Source of the DNA: Acidobacteriota bacterium
Lineage (GTDB): Bacteria; Acidobacteriota; UBA6911; RPQK01; JADFOI01
Assembly: GCA_963663035.1 (NCBI GenBank)
Contig: OY760074.1
Location: forward strand, 3,072,001-3,136,000
Length of the DNA: 64,000 nucleotides
Direction of reading: 5' to 3'
Shown in pieces: positions 52,701-60,578 of the stretch (position 1 is its first letter; each line of letters starts with the position of its first letter). The notes beneath the pieces were generated by a model. That model saw only the letters and a program-made list of their open reading frames with translations. It did no database searches and was not told where the DNA came from. Position numbers and translations under genes: made by a program.

Positions 52701-54114
52701 CGGATGGATGGATGCCGATGGGTATCTGTACGTCACCGGACGAATCAAGGACGTCATTGTCACGGGGGCTGGCAAGAATGTCTACCCTGCTGACCTGGAA
52801 GCAATCTACCGAAGCCTTCCCACCGTCAAAGAGATTTGCGTTTTGGGGATCAAGAGTGGCCTCACAGAGGATATCCATGCCGTTGTGATTCCCGATGGAG
52901 GAGGGCAAGGCCAGCGCGAAGCGGCCGAGGTGAAGAAGGAGGTTCAACAGGAAATTCAGAAGATAGGAAAGGAGTTGCCGAGCTATCACCGACTCCAACA
53001 CATCCATGTGTGGCTTGAGCCCTTACCACGGAGCGAGTCAGGGAAGGTTTGCAGGGAGACAGTTCGGGGTAAACTCCTGGAGGATCTCCAGCATGAGCGC
53101 GATCGACCCAGCCAGGACTCTCCCCCAGAAGTGCACAAGGAAGAGGATCGAGAAGATGAGCTTTTGAGAGAACTCTCTCGGATCTCCGGTGTTCCAACTC
53201 TGGAAATCAAAGCGGATAGCCACCTTTATTCAGATCTGGGGCTAGATTCCTTGATGACAATCCAATTCCTTTTGTTTGTCGAACATCAGCTCGGAGTCAC
53301 CATCTCTGATCAAGCAGCGCCAGCCCTGGAGACTGTGGGGCAGCTTCTAGAGGAAATCCGCTCCCAGGTTTCGGTCAGGAAGCCGCGACATGGAAGCAAG
53401 CCGACAAAGCGGCCCAAGATTCGCTCGGCTCGGCCTTACACCAGGCGCTCGGCAGTTGATCGGAGATTGCTGAGTAGTTGCCAGTGGATTCTTAGAGTGC
53501 TTTACAAGACATATTTTCAATTGGAACTACACAACCAGAAAGACTTCCCCCAGGGTGGCCCTTTCATCATTGCAGCCAATCACGCTAGCCACCTGGATGC
53601 CGGAGCGATGATTTCAGCTGTCATCATTGCGGCAGGCGTCAAGGAGGCACGGAAATTACATGTCTTGGGGGCCAGGGATTATTTTTTCAACACCCCCTTC
53701 AAGAGTTGGCTCTTCAGCACTTTCCTAAATCTAGTGCCTGTTGAACGGGAAGAAACATCTCTGGCCGGTATACGGATGGTGAAATCCATTCTGTCTGCTG
53801 GTGAATCTGTGTTGATCTTCCCCGAGGGAACCCGCTCGCGGACGGGTCAGATCCAGGAATTTAAACCCGGCGTTGGTTTAATCGCACTGGAGTTGGGCGT
53901 GCCGGTTGTACCCGCCTATATCGGAGGGACCTATGAGGCGATGCCTACCGGAAAGGCTTTCCCCCAGCGCAGAAAAGTAAAGGTGTTCTTTGGCCCGACC
54001 ATCCGGGTGGAAGCCAATCTTTCAAAGGGCACACGAACAGTCGCCGATGAGCGCTATCGACAAATTGCCACAGAAGTCCGCACGGCCATCGTAGAGTTGG
54101 CAAATCTGTCATAA
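49768..54114 (+). CDS. ElbD-like multidomain lipid enzyme: fatty acyl reductase + adenylation + ACP + acyltransferase
   Basis: TGATGFLG, HVSTAY, YTYTK, IRPSVI (FAR); EGYGLTET, FHTGDLG (A); DLGLDSL (ACP); NHASHLD, FPEGTRS (AT). Confidence 0.88.
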   Translation: MNRITEALEQKVIFITGATGFLGQPLVEKILRVAPGVKRIYLLIRPKRQLAGQVMTAEERLAKELFQSNIFERLRYKYQDQLKGFLQEKLVAVSGDISEPGLGLDSALRSRLEEEVDIVINSAAAVSFDAPLDEALKANVLSAGRIATFTSSCKGAMLVHVSTAYVSGVAENFVPETIYHSASGAEAAQPHPPGKFSDVDQEIKYIHKMIEQVKLASHEPKLKKVLLKEPRKPRRGGKRVPRAEKWEILRKKWVQGRLTEEGMKWARHRGWNDTYTYTKAMGEQMVVKRRNGIPTVIIRPSVIESSFSEPTPGWLDGLRMADPLIVAIGKGRLRSLPLDADVILDLVPVDMVVNALLATIPPAIEGGGMKVYHVATGAKNPVTLGELHRLVYQYFQKNPLLDKRGNPIRIKPLKFPKQSAFRLQHKLKTMPLQTAELTLARLPSFNTTDKVKRKISTAKATYEKLYYYGEIYRPYLNLACSFEVQNTLQLFDALNEEEKELLNFNIERLNWRHYIQNVHIPGVKKHVLKLDDSPTPLDATTSSDALTINALVDNTTERFPNKTAIQMKRQGHWQRFTYKELQSISQEIGQAFLGMGLRKGDRVVLYSENKPEWGIAYLGATSVGLVVVPLDAQTWHKEVWAAARFTQARALLASEDCLERLAPEGLEENERQDSPVQLLNLDNRCTPFKAKEFPRSTRLSSQKREVTEKIEVKPGDPASIIFTNSTAVDPKGVAHSHRNFINNFLGVNHHLPIEPSDQLLSVLPLSHALEFTCGFLMAIYGGATVTYVDSLKPKVILESMQKTGTTCMLGVPTLYALIRDDIERRILRTPKSAFKSNLLATSKQVSLSVERKFGKNIGRQLFGRVHQEFGGQIRLFVSGGSALGEKLYQDFKVLGMPIYEGYGLTETAPVLTVNPLGHSRKGSAGKPLPGVELRVFRPDKEGIGEIVARSPSLMEGYYNNPAATEFVMREGWFHTGDLGWMDADGYLYVTGRIKDVIVTGAGKNVYPADLEAIYRSLPTVKEICVLGIKSGLTEDIHAVVIPDGGGQGQREAAEVKKEVQQEIQKIGKELPSYHRLQHIHVWLEPLPRSESGKVCRETVRGKLLEDLQHERDRPSQDSPPEVHKEEDREDELLRELSRISGVPTLEIKADSHLYSDLGLDSLMTIQFLLFVEHQLGVTISDQAAPALETVGQLLEEIRSQVSVRKPRHGSKPTKRPKIRSARPYTRRSAVDRRLLSSCQWILRVLYKTYFQLELHNQKDFPQGGPFIIAANHASHLDAGAMISAVIIAAGVKEARKLHVLGARDYFFNTPFKSWLFSTFLNLVPVEREETSLAGIRMVKSILSAGESVLIFPEGTRSRTGQIQEFKPGVGLIALELGVPVVPAYIGGTYEAMPTGKAFPQRRKVKVFFGPTIRVEANLSKGTRTVADERYRQIATEVRTAIVELANLS

Positions 54115-54185
54115 TTAAGGTGGTAGTTTGTTTGAGGCTTGTCTCAGCACAGAACATCTCTGCCCTGTGAATAGAAAAGAGGAGA

Positions 54186-54920
54186 ATGCTAATGCCCAAA
54201 AGCTTGTTTATCCTTTCAACCATTCTGTTGAGCGGTCTCTTTGCCTGCGGCGTGCAGGAAACCCAAGAGGGGGCCCAGCAACAGGCAGGAAGCCCGCCTG
54301 CAGATCAACTCGAAAGTGAAGCAACAACTCCCTCGATAGTTCCAGAGACCCAACTTGAAGCCGGCGCCGACCCAGCGGTTGCTCCTGCTGCCCCTCCCCA
54401 GCCCGCAACTGCCATTGTCCCGGAGGGAACGGTTCTGGAAGTCCGCCTGCCAGAGCCGCTGAGCACCAAAACCAATCAGAATGGCGACGCAGTAGTTGCT
54501 TTGCTGGACGAGGATTTGGTAGTGGATGGAAAGATCGTCTTTCCGGAAGGAAGTAAAATCTATGGCACGCTCTTGGCCGTAAAAGGCTCTGGGCGGGTTG
54601 AGGGCCTTGCGGAGATGACCCTCACCCTGACGGAAATACACCTGGGTCAAGATATCTATCCAGTTGGCACCAGCGCCATTACAATTCAAGCCGAAGGCAC
54701 CAAGGGGCGCGACGCCACAGTGATTGGAGGTGCTGCCGGTGTGGGGGCGTTAGTTGGTGGAATTATCGGCGGTAAAAAAGGGGCCGCTGTTGGGGCCGCT
54801 GTTGGGGGTGGGGCTGGAACAGCACAAGTGCTCACGAGCACGGGTGAGGAAGTTGAGCTTGAACCAGAGCACAAGCTCAGCTTTAACTTGAGCAGGGAGC
54901 TTGAAGTGAAGCTTCCCTAG
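54186..54920 (+). CDS. Lipoprotein with TrbI-like beta domain and glycine zipper
   Basis: Lipobox LFAC; VPEGTVLEVRL; GGAAGVGALVGGIIGGKKGAAVGA. Confidence 0.8.
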   Translation: MLMPKSLFILSTILLSGLFACGVQETQEGAQQQAGSPPADQLESEATTPSIVPETQLEAGADPAVAPAAPPQPATAIVPEGTVLEVRLPEPLSTKTNQNGDAVVALLDEDLVVDGKIVFPEGSKIYGTLLAVKGSGRVEGLAEMTLTLTEIHLGQDIYPVGTSAITIQAEGTKGRDATVIGGAAGVGALVGGIIGGKKGAAVGAAVGGGAGTAQVLTSTGEEVELEPEHKLSFNLSRELEVKLP

Positions 54921-54929
54921 TTCCTTGGT

Positions 54930-54958
54930 TTGACCAGGGACCCCGCATTTTCTACAAT
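54930..54958 (+). promoter_or_regulatory. Promoter of tRNA-Ser
   Basis: TTGACC - 17 nt - TACAAT, followed by a GC-rich stretch. Confidence 0.7.
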
Positions 54959-54998
54959 ACAGGCGCCATTCGGATCACTTTCTGATCCGTTGCCGGCC

Positions 54999-55090
<92 letters not shown>

Positions 55091-55197
55091 GAGCTATTAG
55101 CCTTTTAGACTCAAGAACTTGAGGGCTTTCCATCAGCGTTTCCAGTCAGCTTCAAACAGGCGCTCCCACTTTCTGTACTACTGAAGGACAATGAGCC

Positions 55198-56958
55198 GTG
55201 GATGAGGATCGCCAAAACACCCAGACGATGGACGAGCAGCCCTGGGGACATCGCTGGGGCTTTGCTGACACGCGCTTTATTCTCAATGACGATGGATCTG
55301 TCACCTTAACCGGCGCCCGCTACGATCTATGCGGTTATCGGATGTACGACTTTCTGCCCTATGTAGAGGGCGTTCTCGGGGTCCGGCTGGATCTGACCGA
55401 CCGCAAAGAAGAAGTTCGAGACAAGCCCGTTCAGGCCCCCAGCCGAAATGAAGCTTTCTGCCAGTCAGTGGAACAGGCGTTCCCATCCAGCCAGTACACT
55501 ACGGATGATCGGGAGCGCCTGATCCACAGCCACGGGCAGAGCTCCGCCGATGAAGTGTTTCCGGTTGTCTATACCCGGATCCAGCGAGTGGCGGACATGG
55601 TTTTCCACTGCGAGTCCCAAGAGGATGCACACAAGATCATCCAGCTGGCGAAAGAACACGATGTCTGCCTGGTTCCCTTCGGGGGAGGCACTAGTGTCAG
55701 CTGTGCGCTCAAGCTCCCCGAAAGCGAAAAGCGGATGATTGTCTGCGTGGATATGAAGCGGATGAACAAGATCGAGTGGATCGACAAGGATAATCTGCGG
55801 GCTGGCGTCCAGGCGGGCATCACTGGCCTCCAGCTTGAACGGGAACTGGAAAAAGCCGGCTTCACGTCAGGCCATGAGCCTGACAGTCTCGAGCTTTCGA
55901 CCGTGGGAGGGTGGATTGCCACCAATGCCAGCGGAATGAAGAAGAATCGATACGGAAATATTGAGGGCTTGGTGGAAGAGATCACCATGATTACCCCGGA
56001 AGGCATACTGGAGCAGGCCGAGGCGCTGCCGCGGACTTCTATGGGGATCCAGCCCCAGAACCTCTTCTTCGGCAGCGAAGGGAATCTGGGAATTATTACC
56101 AAGGCAGCACTCAAGATCCATCCGACTCCGGAGGTCAAGAAATACGGCTCCCTGATTTTCCCCAATTTCGATCTCGGCACTCAATTCCTTTATCGACTGT
56201 CCCATAGTGGCTTTGTTCCCGCCAGTATTCGTCTGGTAGACAACACCCAACTTCGTTTCGGGCAGGCCCTCAAACCGAGGCCGGCCGGCTTCAAGGCATT
56301 CCTGGAGCGACTCAAGAAGTTTTATGTACTGAGAGTTCGGGGATTTGAGCCGGATGAGATGGTCGCCGCGACCATAGTGATGGAAGGCTCTCGAGTGGAA
56401 GTCGAGTTCCAGGAGCGCAATACTTACGCTCTAGCGAAGGAGTTCCAGGGATTGCCTACCGGCTCTGAAAATGGGCGAAGAGGCTATCTGCTTACCTTCG
56501 CCATCGCCTACATCCGAGATTTTCTGGCCGACTTTCACGTGATGGGGGAGACTTTCGAGACCTCCGTCCCCTGGAGCAAGATTTCTGAGGTCTGCCAAGC
56601 GGTGAGAGCTAAAGCAGTCGCCCAGCACCAGGCCTTCAGTTTGCCCGGGAAGCCTTATCTTTCCTACCGGATCACCCAGGTTTACCACACAGGCGTTTGC
56701 ATTTACTTCATGTATGGAATTTACACCAGGGGAGTCGACCTTCCGGAAAAGATTTTCAGTACCATCGAGCACTCTCTGCGGGAAAGCATCATTGAGAACG
56801 GCGGGTCGATCTCTCATCACCATGGCGTGGGAAAACTCCGCAAGGATTTCATGAAGCAGGCGCTGTCCCTTTCGAGCATTGATTTGCTCAAGAAGATCAA
56901 GAACTGCGCCGATCCACAGAATATTTTTGGTATCCGCAACAACGTTTTCGCAGAATGA
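55198..56958 (+). CDS. Alkyl-dihydroxyacetonephosphate synthase (AGPS)-like FAD enzyme
   Basis: PFGGGTSV, GHEPDS.E.STVGGWIAT.ASGMKKN.YGNIE, GSEG.LG, RGYLLTFAIAYIRD, ETFETSVPW, SHHHGVGKLRK. Confidence 0.88.
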   Translation: MDEDRQNTQTMDEQPWGHRWGFADTRFILNDDGSVTLTGARYDLCGYRMYDFLPYVEGVLGVRLDLTDRKEEVRDKPVQAPSRNEAFCQSVEQAFPSSQYTTDDRERLIHSHGQSSADEVFPVVYTRIQRVADMVFHCESQEDAHKIIQLAKEHDVCLVPFGGGTSVSCALKLPESEKRMIVCVDMKRMNKIEWIDKDNLRAGVQAGITGLQLERELEKAGFTSGHEPDSLELSTVGGWIATNASGMKKNRYGNIEGLVEEITMITPEGILEQAEALPRTSMGIQPQNLFFGSEGNLGIITKAALKIHPTPEVKKYGSLIFPNFDLGTQFLYRLSHSGFVPASIRLVDNTQLRFGQALKPRPAGFKAFLERLKKFYVLRVRGFEPDEMVAATIVMEGSRVEVEFQERNTYALAKEFQGLPTGSENGRRGYLLTFAIAYIRDFLADFHVMGETFETSVPWSKISEVCQAVRAKAVAQHQAFSLPGKPYLSYRITQVYHTGVCIYFMYGIYTRGVDLPEKIFSTIEHSLRESIIENGGSISHHHGVGKLRKDFMKQALSLSSIDLLKKIKNCADPQNIFGIRNNVFAE

Positions 56959-57013
56959 GTGGAGAGTTGGTAGGATTGCGGGTTACACAACCCATTCGCC
57001 GGAGTGTTCCAAA

Positions 57014-57820
57014 ATCGTTCTGAAGGACAAAACAGCCATTATTACGGGAGCCTCTTCTGGTCTGGGAAGGCAGATGGCGCTGGATCTGGCCCGACAGGAG
57101 ATGAATCTTGTTTTGGCGGCCCGGGACGGGAACGCCTTGGAAGAGCTGGCTCGCCAAATCGGAGACCGGGGAGCATCCGTTCTGGTGCATCCGACCGACG
57201 TGACAGATGAGTCACAATGCCGCACGTTGATTACCAGGACAATAGAACGTTTCAAGAGGCTGGACTATTTAGTTTTGAATGCCGGGCTGGGCATGTGGGT
57301 CCGCTTCGATCAGGTCACTGATCTAAGCATCTTCAGACGGCTCATGGATGTGAACTATATGGGGGTGGTGCACTGTATCCATCCCGCTCTTCCCTACCTC
57401 AAAGAGGTTTGCGGAACCGTTGTCACCATCTCCTCCGCCCAGGCCTTGATCGGCATCTCCAAGCACACGGGCTACTCGGCCACAAAACACGCCCTGAGAG
57501 GATTTCTGGAGGCTTTGGAATTCGAGATGGGAGGCCAGATCCGGTTCCTGACGGTAATGCCCGGCTGGGTCAGCGGAACCAAGCTGAGGACTAATGCCCT
57601 GGGAGCGGCTGGAGCTCCACTAGGCGCCTCCAGGCTTCGCCACACCGATGAAGCAGTCAGTCTGGAAGAATGCAGCACAAGAATTGTTCGAGCAATGCAG
57701 GAGGGTTCCAGTGCTGTTTACATCCCCTGGAAGATCCGTGCCATCCCCTGGCTCAAGCTGTTGGTTCCGGGGTGGCTTAGGGCCAGGATCAAGAGATCAA
57801 TGGCTCAGCAGGAGAAGTGA
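57014..57820 (+). CDS. Classical SDR oxidoreductase (DHRS7-like); start codon uncertain
   Basis: TGASSGLG, NAG, S..YSATK, PGWV; no ATG/GTG/TTG in frame between the AGPS stop and the Rossmann motif. Confidence 0.85.
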   Translation: MVLKDKTAIITGASSGLGRQMALDLARQEMNLVLAARDGNALEELARQIGDRGASVLVHPTDVTDESQCRTLITRTIERFKRLDYLVLNAGLGMWVRFDQVTDLSIFRRLMDVNYMGVVHCIHPALPYLKEVCGTVVTISSAQALIGISKHTGYSATKHALRGFLEALEFEMGGQIRFLTVMPGWVSGTKLRTNALGAAGAPLGASRLRHTDEAVSLEECSTRIVRAMQEGSSAVYIPWKIRAIPWLKLLVPGWLRARIKRSMAQQEK

Positions 57821-57854
57821 AGCGTCGCTTTCGACGCTTCAAACTTCAAGAAGA

Positions 57855-57878
57855 GAACCTATGCATAATCCCGGCTAG
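57855..57878 (-). repeat. Solo end of MITE family A
   Basis: Reverse complement CTAGCCGGGATTATGCATAGGTTC matches the 36831 TIR. Confidence 0.6.
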
Positions 57879-57969
57879 AGCATCTTGCGATCCATGGCTT
57901 CAGCCGCTGGATGAGTCCTTCATTCGAGCGGATCTCTTCTACCATTACAGGGTAATCCATGACTTACGC

Positions 57970-57998
57970 TTGCACATGTGCCCCACATGTTCCATGCT
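57970..57998 (+). promoter_or_regulatory. vapBC promoter with operator palindrome
   Basis: TTGCAC - 17 nt - CATGCT; ACATGTG-ccc-CACATGT between the elements; ATG follows after 6 nt. Confidence 0.6.
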
Positions 57999-58004
57999 AG
58001 GTGC

Positions 58005-58244
58005 ATGGCCAAGATGCTACAAGTTCGAAACATACCCGACCGGCTCCACAGGGAACTGAGGAGACGAGCGAAACAGCGGGGTCAAGCGCTGACGGACTAC
58101 GTTCAACAGATACTCGAGCGTGAAGTCACTCGCCCACCAGCCTCGGAAGTGTTTGACCGAATCAGCCGACGCCCTAGAGTGAAATTGGACGTCAGCGCCT
58201 CCACCTTGATTCGGGAAGAACGAAGAAAGCGAGTTGCATCCTGA
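58005..58244 (+). CDS. Ribbon-helix-helix antitoxin (FitA/VapB-like)
   Basis: MLQVRNIPDRLHRELRRRAK RHH pattern; upstream of PIN toxin. Confidence 0.85.
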   Translation: MAKMLQVRNIPDRLHRELRRRAKQRGQALTDYVQQILEREVTRPPASEVFDRISRRPRVKLDVSASTLIREERRKRVAS

Positions 58245-58252
58245 GGCTTGTC

Positions 58253-58645
58253 GTGCTGGATGCCTCGGCATTAGTGGAATACCTCTTACAGACACCCAGA
58301 TCCACTTCAATTGAGGGTCTTGTCACAGCATCCGATTGTGATTTACACGGTCCCACCCTATGTGATGTCGAAGTTTGCTCGGCACTGCGTAGAGCTTTGC
58401 TCGCCAAACGTCTCTCCGAGAAGCGTGCCACTGAGGCGTTGGAAGACTACCTTGACTTGCCCTTGATTCGTCACGGACACCTCAACTTGCTAGAGAGAGT
58501 GCTCCAATTACGAGACAATTTCTCAGCCTACGACGCCACGTACTTGTCTTTGGCCGAGTCATTCGGAGCTATTTTCGTTACTGCGGACGACTCCCTAGCG
58601 CGAGCAGTCCGAAGACACCTCCCTGACTTGCAATTGAGAAAGTAG
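58253..58645 (+). CDS. vapC: PIN-domain toxin
   Basis: VLDASALVE, E, AYDATY.SLAE, VTAD; start may be slightly upstream. Confidence 0.88.
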   Translation: MLDASALVEYLLQTPRSTSIEGLVTASDCDLHGPTLCDVEVCSALRRALLAKRLSEKRATEALEDYLDLPLIRHGHLNLLERVLQLRDNFSAYDATYLSLAESFGAIFVTADDSLARAVRRHLPDLQLRK

Positions 58646-58763
58646 GTGCTATTTGCAGCAGACATTGCAAGCATTGTGATCTACCCAGACTTGCTGGAGC
58701 AGAATCGATTGCTGCTGCTCAGCGAGCCCTTTTTGTGGGCTGAAGGGGGCAGACCATTGCGGC

Positions 58764-59636
58764 CTAGTCAAAAGAGATCAGTGTACGGATCCTGTCCGCC
58801 GCTTCTTCTCCAACGGCAGCCGCAACCTCACTCAGGTCGTCAATTCTCGCTCGCTGTCTCAAGTCAAGAAGTCTGTCGGCGCCCTCCTCTGAAATTCCTG
58901 GGAGCATCAGCAATTCCTCCCTGGCAGCCGAGTTGACCTTCAGAGGAATCTCGACTGTGGGGACATCCGGGCCGAAGTGTTCGGCGAGGTAGCGAGCGAT
59001 GATCGGAACCTCCTCTTCCGTGATATACGCGATCTGGGCGTAGATCATCCTTTCGATTGTGGTCTCCCAACCCGCCTGATCTGCGCGGCGCTCACCCACG
59101 ATGTACTTCAGATTGTGGCAGCTCATGCAGGCGACACTTGTGACCTCGCGCCCCTCTCCCTCCGGCAGCAGCGCCACCCAATCGATGCCCTGAGGACGCG
59201 CGTCGTTCCCTGCTCCGGCCGCAGACTTATTCGTCCCGGCCGCGGCTTTATCGCCTGGTGGATGAGCAGGATCGACCAACGTGAGGACATCCCCTGTCTT
59301 GATGAAGACGGTTCTGCCGTCCGGGTCGGCGTAGTGAATCTCAGTAGCGTCATCTATTGTTTGGATTGGATACTCAAAACGCTCCGAGAACTGCGCTCTC
59401 ATATCGGCGGTAATCCTGTAGCCGGCAGCCGCAAAGGCTTCTCCAAACTCATTGCGCGCCCCGCCGCCGGCTGCGCTGACGTGGCACGTATCGCAGCTGT
59501 TTCTGAACTGGGGAGAACTCAAGGGATCGGCGGCGAAACGAGCCAGATATTCCGGTGTGGCCGCAGCGGGTACGATGGTAAACACCATGACGATAAGGCA
59601 GGCTGCAAGTGCCAGCGCGCCGCACAGAATCTTCAT
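58764..59636 (-). CDS. Exported diheme cytochrome c with C-terminal helix-hairpin-helix domain
   Basis: Signal peptide; CDTCH and CMSCH; VNSAAREELLMLPGI ComEA-like HhH. Confidence 0.8.
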   Translation of the reverse strand: MKILCGALALAACLIVMVFTIVPAAATPEYLARFAADPLSSPQFRNSCDTCHVSAAGGGARNEFGEAFAAAGYRITADMRAQFSERFEYPIQTIDDATEIHYADPDGRTVFIKTGDVLTLVDPAHPPGDKAAAGTNKSAAGAGNDARPQGIDWVALLPEGEGREVTSVACMSCHNLKYIVGERRADQAGWETTIERMIYAQIAYITEEEVPIIARYLAEHFGPDVPTVEIPLKVNSAAREELLMLPGISEEGADRLLDLRQRARIDDLSEVAAAVGEEAADRIRTLISFD

Positions 59637-59818
59637 TGGGTCCTCCTTGCCTCTATGGGACTAGAAGCCATCCGAATCCGTATGGGATGAGGATTCAAAG
59701 GGGTCATCATGTAGGGGTCGACACCTCGATAATGGTGTAGATTCAAGCACTGTTGAGTGCGACAAGTCAAGGAACTCATTGACAGCCTGCGGCGGGAGGA
59801 GCTAGCCCAACAGCCGCT

Positions 59819-60201
59819 ATGACCACCAAACTGCTGGACGGCCCGCTAAAGATGGTTCAAGCTCAGTTACATTTTCTTCCTGATCGTGCTGGCCTTCCCC
59901 CTCTTCTTAGCCAACGTCGGACCGAGGAAGAAGCCGCAGGAAATGCCACCGCGGGGAAGGAGGTTTTCGCAAACTACTGCCAGACCTGCCATGATCCCGA
60001 GTCAGAGGAAACCATTGTAGGACCAGGTTTGAAGGGCCTGTTCGAGAGCCCCCCCATACCCTGGCGGACGGCACCGAGCACGAGGAGCACAGGGTGGAAC
60101 TGATCCGCGATCAGATCATCAACGGCAGCAGCATGATGGCCCCCGTCACTCTCTCTTATGAAGAGCTTGAGAACCTGATCGCCTACCTCAAGACTCTCTG
60201 A
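59819..60201 (+). pseudogene. Frameshifted class I cytochrome c
   Basis: GKEVFANYCQTCH...GPGLKGLF, continuing in another frame after a C7 run (..GSSMMAP..LIAYLKTL*); signal peptide in a third frame. Confidence 0.75.
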
Positions 60202-60237
60202 TCGTCTCCAGATTCCAGGAAACCCGGCGACCCACGG

Positions 60238-60352
60238 TCATTTCCCTGCGAGCAAAGGTATCTCGGAGGGGTCCGGCGTCGGAGGGATGGACTGCAGGAA
60301 CTCGTAGATCATCTCGAGCTCCTCATCGCTCAGGACCTTCGGCGAGTAGCTC
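60238..60352 (-). pseudogene. 3' remnant of a cytochrome c gene
   Basis: SYSPKVLSDEELEMIYEFLQSIPPTPDPSEIPLLAGK*, typical cyt c C-terminal helix; no heme motif seen upstream. Confidence 0.55.
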
Positions 60353-60490
60353 CTGGTCGCAGCAACGGTTCCATCGCTTAAAGTCTCCTCATCTGATACA
60401 GGACGTTTATCGAGGAGTCACGTACGTCAATGGAGTGGCCGCCAACAAGGTGTCGGAGGAGAAAGCTGCCTGATGCTTTTTACACACCTC

Positions 60491-60530
60491 TTGACAGAAC
60501 CTCCCTTACATCTTATTCTCCCTTACATCT
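60491..60530 (+). promoter_or_regulatory. Promoter with 13-bp direct repeat
   Basis: TTGACA - 17 nt - TATTCT; CTCCCTTACATCT at 60501 and 60518. Confidence 0.6.
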
Positions 60531-60578
60531 CCGTTCGCGACTTGCTGGCCATCGAGATCAACGACATGGAGGGCGACC

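Noticed and set aside
54780-54805. GGGGCCGCTGTT tandem repeat
   Set aside because: Encodes the glycine zipper GAAVGAAV
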